DNA of 64,000 nt from Hemiscyllium ocellatum (taxonomy: Eukaryota): positions 18,228,001 through 18,292,000 of the forward strand of contig NC_083423.1 in NCBI RefSeq assembly GCF_020745735.1. The letters are read 5' to 3'. A program made the position numbers and the translations under genes. Shown in pieces: positions 38,001 through 52,447 of the stretch (position 1 is the first letter of the stretch; each line of letters begins with the position of its first letter). Under the pieces are notes generated by a model. That model did no database searches and was not told where the DNA came from. It worked only from the letters and a program-made list of their open reading frames with translations.

Positions 38001-38370
38001 TAACACAATAGTTCTGTTCTCGTGTGATCTCAAGTTATAAGAAAATCATGCAATAGCCAAACCATTTAGACTAATGGGGTCAGAGTTGCATTATAGCCAA
38101 TACACGTCAGGAAGGTTTACTTTCTTCAAATAACAGTCTAAGTACTTTGATCATGTTTAAGTCAATTCATGTTGAAGAAACACATGTTATGCAGAATTGA
38201 CTGTATTGGCAAGTTCCTGTAATGGTCAGAGATAAAGATATATCGATCTTTATGATAGCAGATGGTCTTTCTATGCCAAGGGATGCTGTTTGGACTAAAA
38301 TTGTTCTAACACCTTTCCATAGACTAATGAATCAAGAAGCAGCCAGTGTTCATAATTATGTAATTTATGT
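35100..38370 (+). mobile_element. Degenerate Gypsy LTR retrotransposon (LTR about 35100-36210, PBS-like site, gag and RT remnants)
   Basis: LTR-like end CAGTTATAAC followed by a PBS-like sequence; gag-like AKAFLSREKL..RLFELAGKLGL; RT remnant HKKVNAVT..IDRVGSAKFLSK. Confidence 0.7.
36262..36814 (+). mobile_element. Non-autonomous Mutator/MULE-like DNA transposon (internal deletion derivative)
   Basis: About 105-bp TIRs built from repeated TTTTGGCGC units. Near-identical 9-bp flanks ATTTAAATA/AATTAAATA. Internal splice acceptor, then MAENILSKRDKSKFSHDGYLYV (36635-36700), resembling a FLYWCH N-terminus. Confidence 0.75.
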
Positions 38371-38374
38371 TGAA

Positions 38375-38727
38375 GAATCATATAATCCCTACAGTGTGGA
38401 AGCAGGCCATTTGGCCTATTGAGTCCACAATCAGCACTCTGAAAAGCATCCTACCAGGATCCATCTCCCTATCCAATCCCCATAGCCCTGAATTTCCCAT
38501 GGCTTATTGACCTATCTTCTACATCTGTGGACATTATGAGCAATTTAGCATGGCCAATCCACCTAACCTGTTCATCTTTAGATTGTGAGAGGAAACTCAA
38601 GCACCGGGAGAAAACTCATGTAGACACGGGTAGAATGTGCAAATTCCACACAGACAGTCACCCAAGACTGGAATCAAACCTAGGCCTCTGGTGCTGTGAG
38701 GCAGTAATGCTAACCACTGAGCCACTG
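38375..38727 (-). mobile_element. Diverged HE1-type SINE
   Basis: Reverse-complement head, V-domain and tail. Confidence 0.8.
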
Positions 38728-39519
38728 TACCAGCCTTTGATAATGTACTGGTGTGCAGCAATATTTTGCAGGACGAATTAGATCAACTGAAAAGTTTGCT
38801 TAGGAACTTTCATTCAGCTGTGTTTGTGTTAAACCTAGCCAAAATTTGCAAGGCATGAGTAATCTACCCACAGCATACAGTAGGGCCGTAACAAATGCTG
38901 CCAAGAACAGCAAAACTACTAGTGTTAATGGATTTCCCTACATCTAAAATGAAAGTGAGATAATGAGTCATTTGGGATTATTTTACATCTTATTTATTTT
39001 TTATTTTATGTTATGACCCATGGAGTAATGAAACTAGAGTGACAATGCTATCTTCAAGCCTTAGTTGTAACAATGGCGATTGTTAAGAGTGTGAGGTATC
39101 AGTTTTGTTTTTGTCTTCAGGGCCATCACACACACACACACACACTATATGTCATAGGATATCCATGAAGGTGTTTCATCAGAAGATTTCATTCCTTCAA
39201 AGAATACACCAAAGGAAAGAGGATGGAGGTAATCAACTCGGTTGCAAGTGGATTTATATTACAAGCAATTATGAAGAAGTCACCTATGGAGAGGCAGATT
39301 ATATGCCTGCCATAGTAAAGTAGTCTGTGAAGCAGCAAGAGGTAGATATGAAGTTGAAATCACAGTAAGGTATGTGTAAATGAGCTAATATACGTGAATG
39401 TTAAATATGAGTCCTGAATGCAGTTGAGTCCTGCTTGATCTCTGAATTTTAGGTTGTAGTGTATTTAATAGTGCATTGAGCAATGAAAAGCACATAATAT
39501 GAGATGTGATCATCAGTTA

Positions 39520-40490
39520 AGATAGACAACAGTACCTCCTCCAAGATAATTCTCAACACTACCGTCCCGCAAGGATGTGTACTCAGTCCCCTACTGTACA
39601 CCCTGTGCACTCATGACTATGAGGCCAAATTTCATCCAAATGCTGCTGGTGATACCACTGTTGTAGGCTGGATAACAAACAATGATGAGACACAATATAG
39701 GAAGGAGGTAAAATGTTTGATGTTGTGGTGGAAAAATAACGATCTCTTTCTCAATGTCGGCAAAACAAAAGAGCTGATCAATGACTACTGGAAGAAAGGA
39801 GGGTGACACGCCCCTGTCTACATCAATGGAGCTGAAATGGAAAGGGTTGAGAGCATCAAAGTACTTGGGAATGATGATAACAAGCAATATGTCCTGGACC
39901 ACCCATGTAGATGTGACGGTCAAAAGGCAAAACAACACCTCTCTTCGTGAGGAGGCTAAGGAATCCAGCATATTCATAAGGACTCTCACCAAAATCTATA
40001 GACACACCACAGAAAGCATTCTACCTGGGTGCATCGTGGCTTGGTATGGCAACTGCTGTGCCCAGCATAGTAAAAAAATTATAGAAAGTTGTGAACACAG
40101 CTCAGATCATCATGCAAGCCAACCTCCCATCCATTGACTCCATCTATATTTCTTATTGTTGTGGAAAAGCAGCCAACATCATCATCATCAGAGATCCCTC
40201 TCACACCAGTTACAATGCCTTTCAACATCTTCCATCAAAAGAAGATACAAAAGATTAAACACACACACCAATAGGTTCAAGGACAGTCTCTTCCCTGTTG
40301 TTATTAGATTGCTGAGTGGACCTCTCAAGTTTCAAATCTAATTTTGATCTTGCTTTTGTACACCTCCTGTATGTCTGTATGTCTCGCTCTGTTCAAACAC
40401 CCTATGATCTGTGTTCCTGTATGTTATGACCTGCCTGTATTGTTCACAAAAAAAAACTTTACACTGTGCTTAGGTACATGCGACAATAAT
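39520..40490 (+). mobile_element. Rex1/Babar-like LINE 3' fragment
   Basis: PQGCVLSPLLY..THD, KTKELI and ESILPGCIVAWYGNC motifs. Confidence 0.7.
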
Positions 40491-43400
40491 AAATCCTTTC
40501 AAATAAAAACAACTGATGTGAAGATGACAATAATTGAATATGGTATAATAGTAGTCTTTGATTTTCATAACAGTCTGCAATGTGAATCAGAAGGTTGAGG
40601 TACTTCTCCAGAGGTCTGAACACATAATTTAAGCTGAAATGGAGTAATGAGGAAGAATGGTACATTTTCTTGGCATCATCAGTTCAATCAGTTAGATCAC
40701 AGAATCTTAGATCCCAACTGTAAAAGATCCCATGGCATTACTAAAAGAAAAGCAGAGGGTTTCTCACAGTATCTCGGTAAATATTAAAACATCATTTATC
40801 ATAATTCTAATGATGGAACTTTGCTGGACAATATTAGCTGCTGCTTTTCCCTCTAATACAACAACAGTCACAGTTTAGAGGTACTTTGATTAGATGCGAA
40901 TCAATTTGGGATATCTTGAAATTGTGAAAAATTCTATAAAGGTGCAAGTTACTTTTTTCTTTAATGCACATTTGAAGAAAATAAATTTAGTGAGTTCAGA
41001 AGACAACTATATATATTTTTAGAGAAAGTGTTTAAAGGATTAATGGAATGGTAAAGTCCCAAACCATGAGGGGAATTTATTAGGTAAAATTGTCTTCCCT
41101 GTTCCTAACATTGCCAATGCTCCTCACAAACATCTCATTATTTAAATAAGCACTGGGTTAATTAACAATTATTTGATGGAAGTATTCAGATTTTGCTAAG
41201 GGTTGCACTGAAATAGGAAATGCATCAAGAAATGTTTTTGTCACCTTGGTCTACCACAGTTGACAAACAATAAATGTTGCACTACAGGAAATCGTCTCAC
41301 CTAAGGTTGACAAAGTCTCAAGAAATATAGCTCATATCAGATGTGGAAATGTGTGTGCACTTGTAGGTGACCACAGAAGCACGACAGGAAGGATACTCAC
41401 CCACTTATCCAGCTACTGAACTGCAATGGTGTACGAACTGATCTCAATGGAAAGTTACAAAACAAGATACTTTTAAGAAGGTCATTATACCTGACAAGCA
41501 CATAAGCATGTAAAATAGAACAGATATCTAGCCCACTGCTTTCCTGTCAACCCCCGAGCTGCCCTCATAATACGGACAGTTTGTAAACATCAGCCAGTCA
41601 CCCACTCCTAGATCTATTAAGGACCTTAACTAGGTCAATGGGCTGTTTCTGCCACTACTATGTGAATACAGAACAATGGAGGCCTTGGAAAATGGGGGAA
41701 TTGCCCTGTGTATCCAGGTTGCCATACTCCACCCCTTTTCTCAAGATTCCCCAGACCTTCCCTAACCAAACTACCTGGCAGTCACCTATGCTTCTGGCAT
41801 CCATGATCTACTCTTCAGGACTGCTAGCAGATATGGCTCCACTCATTACTGGGTTCAGGTTCTGCTGGGCCTATTCAGCTATTGTCCAATCTCATTGTCC
41901 AGCAGCTCTCAAGGCAGTCTTCCTTTCCCTGAGGGACAAAGCTCTACCAGCTTGTTAAGGTCACACCCAAAGTATTATCACTGTGTGGTAGTCCTTTTCT
42001 CAAATCCATCAGCTAAGACCAACCCTTTGACCTGGGGGAGGTGGGGAGCAACATGTTCCACCCCTCCCATATAATTCATCCTGAGGGTCTCAAGTCCTTG
42101 GATTGCAAGATCCTTTACATAGACTGTATAGTTGTGCAATCTGAGAGTGAAGAGAAGTAAAATGTAGCAAGATTAGTTCAATGTACAGGAGAGGGATCTG
42201 CAGTTTTCTCTCTTCCTTATACATTAATATTTTTATAGACAAAGAAATACAAAATGGCCTTTTCAAAGATATTGTAATTAATAGATCTCCTGTTTCAGAC
42301 CAGTTCCCTTTAATAATGTGAATAGACATTGTCCAACTTGTAGCATCAGAAAGTAAATATCTACTGTGCAGCTTATACTGAAGTTCATTTATTGTGTCAA
42401 GCCTTCAGTGAAATTCATTCATATAACACCATGCTTAGTTGAACGGTGCAGGCCTACCTTGCTTCCCCAGGTTAATTCTCCATTAATAATCAGCTGTATC
42501 TTCTGTTTGTGTCAGGAAAACCGAGAATTGACACCGTCCTAAGTTATGTGGTTGATACAATGCTAGAATTGCAAATTTGAATAACACAGGTCTAGGCACT
42601 GCCTATCTTGTTAATTCCTGAAAGAAATGTAAAATCAAAAAATAAACTTTGCAATAGCATTATTTAAAAGGCCAGGCCCCTGAATACAGGTGAGTAACAA
42701 TTATGGAACTTCTATTGTCAAGTTCCCGAATGTAATTTGGAGTAGATATTTTGGTCCACTTCCCAGAGACTGTGGCTGCGTTCTTACAACATATAGCAAA
42801 GTTGACCAATCCACAGAAAGGCCACAATAGGTATGGATGCAAGAGTGATGGTGTCACTAGGTCTGTAGCAAGATGGAAGAAAAATTATGAAGCCACCCTC
42901 TACCAAGTTGGAGTTGGAATCGTCCATGTTTCTTGACAGTAATAGATTGTCCATCAGGTCAGTCAATGCATTCAGACCTCTGCTCATTCAGAACATGCCA
43001 CTCAGTTTTCAGCTGAGTCCTCAGCAGCAGTATTGTCTCCCAGATTGCATTTGTCAAGTGCTAGCAAATGAATAACCTTTACCACTGACTAGCTCATTGA
43101 TATGCTGTTCCCACTTCCATGCTAGCCTCTAAGAAAGAGTAATAGCAGTGTCTGATCTTATGGCTGCAAAGAATAGATCAAGTATCAGGTCCTTTTCATC
43201 ACTAGTGTTGCTCTTTTCCTTCCTCTTTTGGTTCTGAGATTGTGCAGGCAGCACATCTTGGATATCTGAAAGAAGAAATGTAGAAGGTGAATGTTGTTAG
43301 AAGGGAATGGGATTGGAGAAGGAAGCAAGAGGTCTGTGGTTGCACCATCAGCGTCTTGCTGAATACGCCAGACAGCAAAATGAGGGTATACTGGAGTTCT

Positions 43401-44929
43401 GAAGAGGAATAAGCAATGCCAATCACCTTAATGTTTCCTCCTGTAACTAGTCGCCTGATGAAGAGATCAAACAGACTCTGTAAGGCTCCTCCAGTTCTGC
43501 TCTGGGCCCTTTTATTGAGTATTGTCTTACTTTGTATGAGAGATCGCAGAATGTCCATGGTTAAAATGCACATTTTTGGAAAATATGCCAGACAAAGCTG
43601 AATGTCTTGAATTGTAAAGAGCCAGTGAGAGGTGGTATCAAGCAAGCAGCAACTATAAATGTGTAAGGATGAGGTGGACTATCTGGATGTTTGGAAAGAA
43701 ACTTGAATGTTAGGGAATAGCTAAGTAATGAGGCATAGAACATTGAGGATCATTAAATATATTGTGTTGCACAAGGTAGGAGATGTCATGTGAAAATGTA
43801 TTCACTGATCTTGACCAGTCAGAGGAATACATTGGATTATTGTGACATTGCTGCCAGGGCCTTCGGTTTGGATTTTGTGAGATTGTGTAGTCATATCTTT
43901 CAAGATGGCAATTTGATCAAGCTGTTAAAGTAAAAGCATATGGGACTGACTTGATTAATAGAGCACAGAGTGAAAGTGCAGAAAGTAATAGTAAATCTTT
44001 ACAAATGACTGGTTAGAACACGGCCGGGGCACTATTTTCCATTCTGGACAATGTCCCTTAGAAAGGATATCAAGCTAAAGTAGGCAAAGCACATTCAGCA
44101 CAAGATGTCAGGGATGAGAATTCAGTTATGTGGAGACTCAGGAAAAAGTGGGATTGTTTCCTTTGGTACAAAGGCAGTTATGGAAGGTTTAATAATGATA
44201 TTCAAATGATGAGGGGTTTTGGTTGATTGTGTAAGGAGAAACTTTTTTCCACTAACAGGGCATTGCTAATCTCAGCTCACAGCTTAAAGATAATTGGAAA
44301 CAGAAAAAGGAAATGACAAAGAGTTTATTTTAAACTTAAGTAACAATGATCGGGTATATCCTGCCTGAAAAGGTGGCAGAAGCACATAGTGTCTGCAGTG
44401 GAAGTATCTGCTTTGTGCCCATGATTTTCATTATTTGTGCAGCTTAGATTCTTTAAGTTTAATATTTTCTTTAACTTTTCATTAAGTTTGGATGCAATGT
44501 AGTTTATTCTGAAATTATGGTTTTATAACTAAGGAAAAGAAGGACCAATTGGCTATGATGGATAGGTAAAATGTATTAAAGATTTGACAGTAGTCTGACA
44601 ATAATTAGTATTTAAGGAAGTATCATATAGTCTGTACTCTACAACAAGTATTCGTCTACAATCCAAAATCTCAACAGGAGAGGATCAATTGAGGCTAACA
44701 AAAGAAGTTAAGCATTGTATTCGATCGTATGAAATGGCTTAAAATTGCCAGAAGGAAAAAGAAAGCCTAAGGATTGTAAGGTACTTGGAATTCAGAAAAA
44801 CATAACAAAAATATAGGAAGAAGACAATAGAAATGAAAGTTAGTGAGAAATGTAAGGGCGGAGTCTAGGTAGAAAGAAACAAAGACTAGTAAGGACAACT
44901 GTGTTTTCATTACAGGCAGAGACCATCCT

Positions 44930-47900
44930 CTATAAACAGGATGGTCTATACCTGAACCTGAGGGGCACCAGTATCCTTGGGGGGAGGTTTGCTAGTGCTC
45001 TTTGGTGGGGTTTAAACTAACTCTGCAGGGACATGGGATCCTAGACTGTGCAGGACCTGGAGTGTAGGGAGGTTAGGAACATGGCATCAATCTCGAAGGA
45101 GGGTGCCTATAAACAGGAAAGTGGCTTGAAGTGTGTATACTTCAATGCAAGAAGTATATGAAATAAGGAAGGTGAACTTGCAGCATGAGTTGGTACCTGG
45201 GATTTCGATGTTGTGGCTATTACGGAGACATGGGTAGAACAGGGACAGGATTGGCTGTTGCAGGTTCCAGGGTTTAAATGTTTTAGTAGGGTCAGAGGTG
45301 GGGGTAAAAGAGGGGGAGGTGAGGCATTGGTTGTCAAAGATAATATTACAGTGGTGGAAAGGACAATGGATGAAGACTCGCCATCTGAGGTAGTTTGGGC
45401 TGAGGTTAGAAATAGAAAAGGTGAGGTCACCCTGTTAGGAGTTTTCTACAGGCCTCCTAATAGTCCTAGAGGCATAGAAGAAAGGATTGCGAGAATGATT
45501 CAGGAGAAGAGTGAAAGTAATAGCGTGGTTGTTATGGGGGACTTTAACTTTCCAGATATTGACTGGGAAAGCTATAGCTCGAGTACGTTAGATGGGTCGG
45601 TGTTTATCAAATGTGTGCAGGAGGGTTTCCTGACACAATATGTAGACAGGCCAACAAGAGGTGAGGCCATTCTGGATTTAGTTCTGGGTAACGAACCAGG
45701 CCAGGTGTTAGAATTGGAGGTAGGTGAGCACTTTGGGGACAGTGACCACAATTCGGTGACTTTTACTCTAGTGATGGAGAGGGATAAGTGTGCACTGCAG
45801 GGCAAGAGTTATAGCTGGGGGCAGGGAAATTATGATGCGGTGAGGCATGACTTAGGATGCGTGGCTTGGAAAAGTAGGCTTCAAGGGAAGGGCGCAATCG
45901 ATATACGGAGCTTGTTCAAGGAGCAACTATTGAGTGTCCTTGATAAGTATGTACCTATCAGGCAGGGAGGAAAGGGTCGTGTGAGAGAGCTGTGGTTTAA
46001 TAAGGAATTGGAATCCCTTGTTAAAGGGAAGAGGGCGGCCTATGTAAAGATGAGGTGTGAAGGTTCAATTGGGGCGATTGAGAGTTATAAGGTAGCCAGG
46101 AAGGATCTAAAGAGAGATCTAAGAGCAGCAAAGAGGGGACATGAAAAGTCCTTGGTTGGTAGGATTAGGGAAAACCCAAAGGCTTTCTATAGATATGCCA
46201 GGAATACAAGATTGACTAGGGTAGGAATAGGTCCAGTTAAGGATAATAGTGGGAAGTTGCGTGTGGAGGCTGAAGAGATTGGGGAGACACTGAATGAATA
46301 TTTTACGTCAGTATTCACTTAGGAACAGGACATTGTCGCCGATGTGAATTTTGAGTCACAATTAATTAGAATGGATAGCTTTGAGGTATGTAGGGAGGAG
46401 GTGTTGGAAATTCTGGAAAGGGTGAAAATAGATAAGTCCCCTGGGCCTGATGGCATTTATCCTAGGATTCTCTGGGAAGCAAGGGAGGAGATTGCAGAGC
46501 CATTGGCCTTGATTTTTATGTCCTCGTTGTCTACAGGAATATGCCAGACGACTGGAGGATAGCAAATGTGGTTCCCTTGTTCAAGAAGGGGAGTAGGGAT
46601 AACCCTAGAAACTATAGGCCCGTGAGTCTCACTTCTGTTGTGGGAAAAGTCTTAGAGAGAATTGTAAGGGATAGGATTTATGAACATCTGGATAGGGATA
46701 ATCTGATCAAGGATAGTCAGCATGGTTTTGTGAAGGACAGGTCATGCCTCACAAACCTTATTGAATTCTTTGAGAAGGTGACTAAGGAAGTGGACGAGGG
46801 TAAAGCGGTAGATGTGGTATATATGGATTTTAGTAAGGCATTTGATAAGGTTCCCCATGGTAGGCTGTTGCAAAAAATACGGAGATATGGCATTGAGGGT
46901 GAGTTGGAGGTTTGGATTAGGAATTGGCTGGCTGGAAGAAGACAGAGGATAGTAGTTGATGGTAAAGGTTCATCTTGGAGTGCAGTTACTAACGGTGTTC
47001 CGCAAGGATCTGTTTTGGGACCATTGCTGTTTGTCATTTTTATAAATGACCTGGAGGAGGGGCTAGAAGATTGGGTAAGCAAGTTTGCGGATGATATGAA
47101 AGTCGGTGGAGTTGTTGACAGTGAGGAAGGATGTGGCAGGTTACAGCGGGATATAGATAAGCTGCAGAGCTGGGCAGAAAGGTGGCAAATGGAGTTCAAT
47201 GTAGGTAAGTGTGAAGTGATTCACTTTGGTAAGAGTAACAAGAAGATGGGGTACTGGGCTAATGGTCAGATACTTGGTAGTGTGGATGAGCAGAGGGATT
47301 TTGGTGTCCATGTACACAGATCTCTGAAAGTTGCCACCCAGATAAATAGTGCTATGAAGAAGGCATAGGGCGTATTGGCTTTTATTGGTAGAGGAATTGA
47401 GTTCCGGAGTCCTGAGGTCATGTTGCAGTTATATAAGACTCTGGTGCGGCTGCATCTGGAGTATTGTGTGCAGTTTTGGTCACCATACTATAGGAAGGAT
47501 GTGGAGGCACTGGAATGGTGCAGGGGAGGTTTACCAGGATATTGCCTGGTATGGTAGGAAGATCGTTTGAGGAAAGGCTGAGGCACTTGGGGCTGTTTTC
47601 ATTGGAGAAAAGAAGGTTTAGGGGTGACTTGATAGAGGTGTACAAGATGATTAGGGGTTTAGATATGGTTGACCATGAGAATCTTTTTCCACGTATGGAG
47701 TCAGCTATTACGAGGGGACATAGCTTTAAATTAAGGGGTGGTAGGAATAGGACAGATGTTAGGGGTAGATTCTTTACTCAGCGAGTCGTGAGTTCAAGGA
47801 ATGCCCTGCCAGTAGCAGTGCTGGACTCTCCCTCTTTATGGGCACTTAAACGGGCATTGGATAGGTATATGGAGGATAGTGTAAAAAGTGAGGTCTGCAG

Positions 47901-48105
47901 ATGCTGGAGATCAGAGCTGAAAATGTGTTGCTGGTTAAAGCACAGCAGGTTAGGTAGCATCCTAGGAACAGGAAATTCGACGTTTCGGGCCAGAGCCCTT
48001 CATCAGGAATCATGGGCTAGTGTAGGTTAGGTGGGCTTGGATCGGCGCAACATTGAGGGCCAAAGGGCCTGTACTGCGTTGTATTTTTCTATGTTCTATG
48101 TTCTA
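44930..48105 (+). mobile_element. CR1/HER1 LINE: ORF1 end, APE endonuclease and RT (inactivated by stops and a frameshift)
   Basis: DGLYLNLRGT (esterase C-terminus); AITETW, YRPPN, GDFNFP, SDHN (APE); RT DFSKAFDKVPH, GVPQGSVLGP, KFADD. Stops at 46320 and 47366, frameshift near 46540, (TTCTATG)n tail. Confidence 0.95.
47975..48010 (-). ncRNA. Minimal type I hammerhead ribozyme motif in a Penelope tail nested in the CR1 3' end
   Basis: Reverse complement reads ATTC-CTGATGA-A-GGGC-TCTG-GCCC-GAAA-CGTC-GAAT; helix I (AUUC/GAAU) and helix II are fully paired. Confidence 0.7.
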
Positions 48106-48199
48106 GACAGGAGAATTTATAATGCAACATAGGGAAATGTAGGAATGAAATCAAAGGTCTTGTGAAAATGAGAAACCGAAACCAAATTAGTATTAATAA

Positions 48200-49070
48200 A
48201 GAGGTAGTAATAAATAACATTAATTGGATTGAAGGTTAATTAATCCCTGGACCAAGTTACATCCACCCCAGAATTTTGACAGAGGTGGCTATCGAGATAG
48301 TGAATGCAATGGTGGTTACCTTCCAAAATTCCACAGATTCTTTAATCCAGATTGCAAAGTAGCAAATTTAACCCCACTACTTAAGGTAGGAGGGGGAAAG
48401 AAAATGGAGAACTATACATCTGTCAGTTTGATGTCAATGGTCTGAAAAATATTAGAATCTATGAAAAGGATAAGATGAATGAAAACTTAGAAAATAATGG
48501 TATGATTGGAAAAAGTCAACACAGAACTATGAAAGGAAAATCTTGCTTGACAATCCTGGAGATGATGGAGGATATTACTTGTAGAACAAACCAGAATAGA
48601 TGAATATAGTGTGTTTGGAACTTCAGAAGACTTTTGATAAGGTCCCACACAGGATATTAGTGGACAAAATTAGAACACATGGGATCAAAGGCAATATACA
48701 GATATGGATTATGAATTAGTTACCATTTAGAAAATACAGAGTAGAAATTGTGAGTGAAGTACTGCCAGGACCAGTGCTACATTCACAGCTGTTCATGAAC
48801 CATATAAGTGACTTGGATATTATGACCAAATATAATATTTTCAAATTTGCTGATGACACAAACTACATGGGAATGGAAGTTGTGAGCAGGATGCAATGAG
48901 GCTTCAACAAAACTTGGACAGGCTCAGCAAATTGGCAAGGGCATGGTACATTGAATGTATTTTGAACAAAGTTGACGTTATCCACTTTGATGTGAAAAAC
49001 TGATTTCTTAACAGTCGGAAGCTGGTAAGTGTTGCTGTCCAAAAAGACCTGGTGTTCATACTCATTGTAT
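48200..49070 (+). mobile_element. Old CR1 RT fragment
   Basis: Degenerate DFQKTFDKVPH and KFADDT motifs. Confidence 0.6.
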
Positions 49071-50964
49071 ACTTTGTGGGATGTGGGCATTGCTGACTGG
49101 CCAGCATTTAGTGCCCATCCTTAGTTAGACCATAAGACATAGGAGCGGAAGTAAGGCCATTCGGCCCATCGAGTCCACTCCGCCATTCAAGTTGCCCTGG
49201 AGAAAGTGGTGTGAGTTGCCTTCTTGAACTGCTGCAGTTCACCTACTGTGGATTGATTCACCATACCATTAGGGAGAGAATTCCAGGATTTTGACCCATT
49301 GACACTTAAGGAATGGCAATATATATCCAAGTCAGGATGGTGAGTGGTTTGGAGGAAAACTTGAAGGTGGTGGTCTTCCCATGTATCCACTGACCTTGTC
49401 CTTCTAGATGGAAGCGGTTGTTGGTTTAGAAGATCCTGTCTGAGGATTTTTGGTGAATTTCTGCAGTGTATCTTGTAGATAGTACACACTGCTGCTATTG
49501 AGTGTCAGTGGTGCAGGGAGTGGATGCCTGTGGATGTCTTGCCAATCAAGAGGGCTGCATTGTCCTGGATGATGGCAAGTGTCTTGAGCAGTCTTGGACA
49601 TGTACTCAAGGCAAGTGGGGAGTATTTCAACACTCTCCTGACCCATGCCTTGTGATGGTGGACAGGCTTTGGGGAATTAGGAGGTGAGTTACTCGCTGTA
49701 GTATTCCGAGCCTCTGCCCTGTACTTGTAGCCACTGAGTTTATGTGGTGAGTCCAGTTGAGCTTCTGGTCAATGATAACCCACATGGTGTTGATAGTGGA
49801 GGATTCAATGATGGTAATGCCATTGAATGTCAAAGGACGGTAGTTAGATTATCTCTTATCGGTGATGATTATTGCCTAACATTTATGTGGCACAAATGTT
49901 ACTTGCCACGATCAACCCAAGCCTGGACATTGTCCAGAACTTGTTGTATTTGAACATGGACTGCTTCAGTATCTGAGGAGTTGTGATCCCCACTTCTGAC
50001 ATTATGATGCAGGGAAGGTCATTGATAAAGCAGCTGAAGATGGTTTAGCCTAAAACACTACCCCAAGGAACTCCTGCAGAGATGACCTGGAGCTGAGATG
50101 ACTGACCTCCAACAACCATAACCATGTTCCTATGGGCCAGGTATGACTCCAACCACTGGAGAGTTTGTCCCCTGATATTCATTAACTCCAGTTTTTTCTA
50201 GGACTCCTTGATGCCACACTAGATCAAATGCAGCCTTGATATCAAGGGATGTCACTGTTACCTCACCTCTAGAATTCAGCTCTTTTGTCCATGCTTGAAC
50301 CAAGGCTGTAATGAGGTCAGGAGTTGAGTGGCCCTGGCAGAACCCAAACTTGGTGTCACTGAGCAGGTTATTGCTGAGCAGGTGCTGCTTGATAGCACTG
50401 TCAATGACACCTCCCGTCTCTTTACTGATGATCAAGAGTAGACTGATGGGGCAGTAATTGGCTGGGTTGGATTTGTCCAGCTTTTTATGGACAGGACATA
50501 TTTCGGCAATTTTCCACATTGTCAGGTAACTGTACTGGAACAACTTCACTTGGGGAATGGCAAGTTCTGGGGCACAAGTCTTTAATACTATTGCTACAAT
50601 GTTGTCAGGGCCCATAGCCTTTGCAGTATTCAGTGTCTCCAACTGTTTCTTGCTATCACATGGATTGAATTGGCTGAAGACTTGTATCTGTAATGCTGGG
50701 TCCACTCGAGGAAGCCAAGGTGGATCATCCACTCGGCACTTCAGGTTAAAGATTGCTGCAAAAGCTTCAGCCTTATTTTTTGCACTGAAGTGCTCAGCCC
50801 TTCCATCATTGAGAATTGGGATATTTGTGGAGTTTCCTCCTCCAGTGAGTTGTTTAATTGTCCACCACCATTCATAAATGGATTTGGCAGGACTGCAGAA
50901 CTTAGATCTAATCCATTAGTGCTGGGATTGTTTAGCTTTGTCTGTCACTATTATCCCCTCGAGA

Positions 50965-51945
50965 CTGATTACTAAACTTAGTGATCTCAACTAAGCCCCA
51001 CTCTCTGCAACTGGATTCTCAGTTTCCTGACCCACAGGCCACAATCAGTGAAGATTGGGGACAATATTTCATCCTCATTAACACTCAACACTGGAGCCCC
51101 CCAGGGTTGCGTACTAAGTCTCCTATTGTACTCACTGTATGCCCATGACTGCATTGCTAAATACCAGACTTATACCATTTACAAGTTTGCTGATGATATC
51201 ACCATAGTCAGTTGAATCTCAGATGGCAACGAAACAGACTACAGACAGGAGGTGGAAGACCTGGAAAAATGGAATGAGTAGCAATCAGTGTTCATAATTG
51301 TGTAATTTATTTTAAAGAACTGGAACGAGTGGAGAGTGTCAAACTCCTGGGAGTGGTCATCCATAACAAGTTTTCTTGGACTCTTCATGTGGATGCACTG
51401 GTTACAAAAGCTCAACAATGTCTCTTCTTCCTCAGGCAGCTGAGGAAATTGGGCATGATGGCAAATACTCTTGCCAACTTTTATAGATGCGCCATCGAGA
51501 GCATTCTGTCCAGATGTATCACTACCTGATATAACAACTGTACCAAGACTGGAGACAGTTACAGAGAGTGGTGGACTTGGCCCGACAATCACAAAGGCCA
51601 ACCTTCCATTTATAGAATCCATTTACAGGCCAGCTGTCAAGGAAAGGTTGCCAGCATTCTCAAAGATCCATCCCACCCTGGCAATGTTTTTCTACAACCT
51701 CTACCACTGGGGAGAAGAGTCAGAAGCCTGAACACATGTACCAGTCGGTTTCAAAACAATTTCTACCCTATAGTTCTAAGAATACTGAATGGACTCACAA
51801 ACTCGTTACATTTGCCTGTACCTTTGTTTTTGTTATTAGTTACTTATCTATGCTACTTAACTCTGTGATCTGCCTGTATTGCTCGCAAGACAAAACTTTT
51901 CACCGTTCCTCGGTACACGTGACAATAAATTCAATTCAATCCAAT
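50965..51945 (+). mobile_element. Rex1/Babar-like LINE 3' fragment nested in the L2-like LINE
   Basis: [26 protein letters not shown] and AQQCLFFLRQLRKLG motifs; (AATTC)n tail. Confidence 0.75.
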
Positions 51946-52447
51946 TCACTTGCTGCTCATGCTATTTGGCATGCAAGTAGTCCTGTTTGGTGGCTTCATC
52001 AGGTTGACACCTTATCTTCAGATATCCTGGTGCTGCTCCTGGCATGCCCTCCTGTACTGTTCATTGAACCAAGGTTGATCCCCTGGCCTTATCGTAATGA
52101 ATGAGTGGAGGATATGCCAGCCACAAAGTTGCAGATTGTGTTGCAGTACAATTCTGTTGCTGATGATGGCCTGCAGTACTTCATGGATGCCCAGTCTTGA
52201 GTTGCTGGATCTATTTGAAATCTGTCCCATTTAGCACGGTGATAGTGCCACACAACACGATGGAGGCTGTTCTCAATGTGAAGGCAGAACTTCATCTCCA
52301 CATAGATTGTTCAGTGATCAGTCCTACCAATACTGTCAAGTATAGATACAATTGCAGTTATCAGATTGGTGAGGATGAGATAAAATATGTTTTTCCCTCT
52401 TGTTGTTTCCCTCACCATCTGCTGCAGACCCAGTCTAATAGCTTTAG

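Noticed and set aside
41290-41500. Minus-strand donor and acceptor pairs suggesting small exons
   Set aside because: Translations are uninformative and there is no supporting gene context.
43150-43900. 147-aa minus-strand ORF possibly from an old non-LTR RT (Tx1- or RTE-like)
   Set aside because: Motifs are too degraded to assign.
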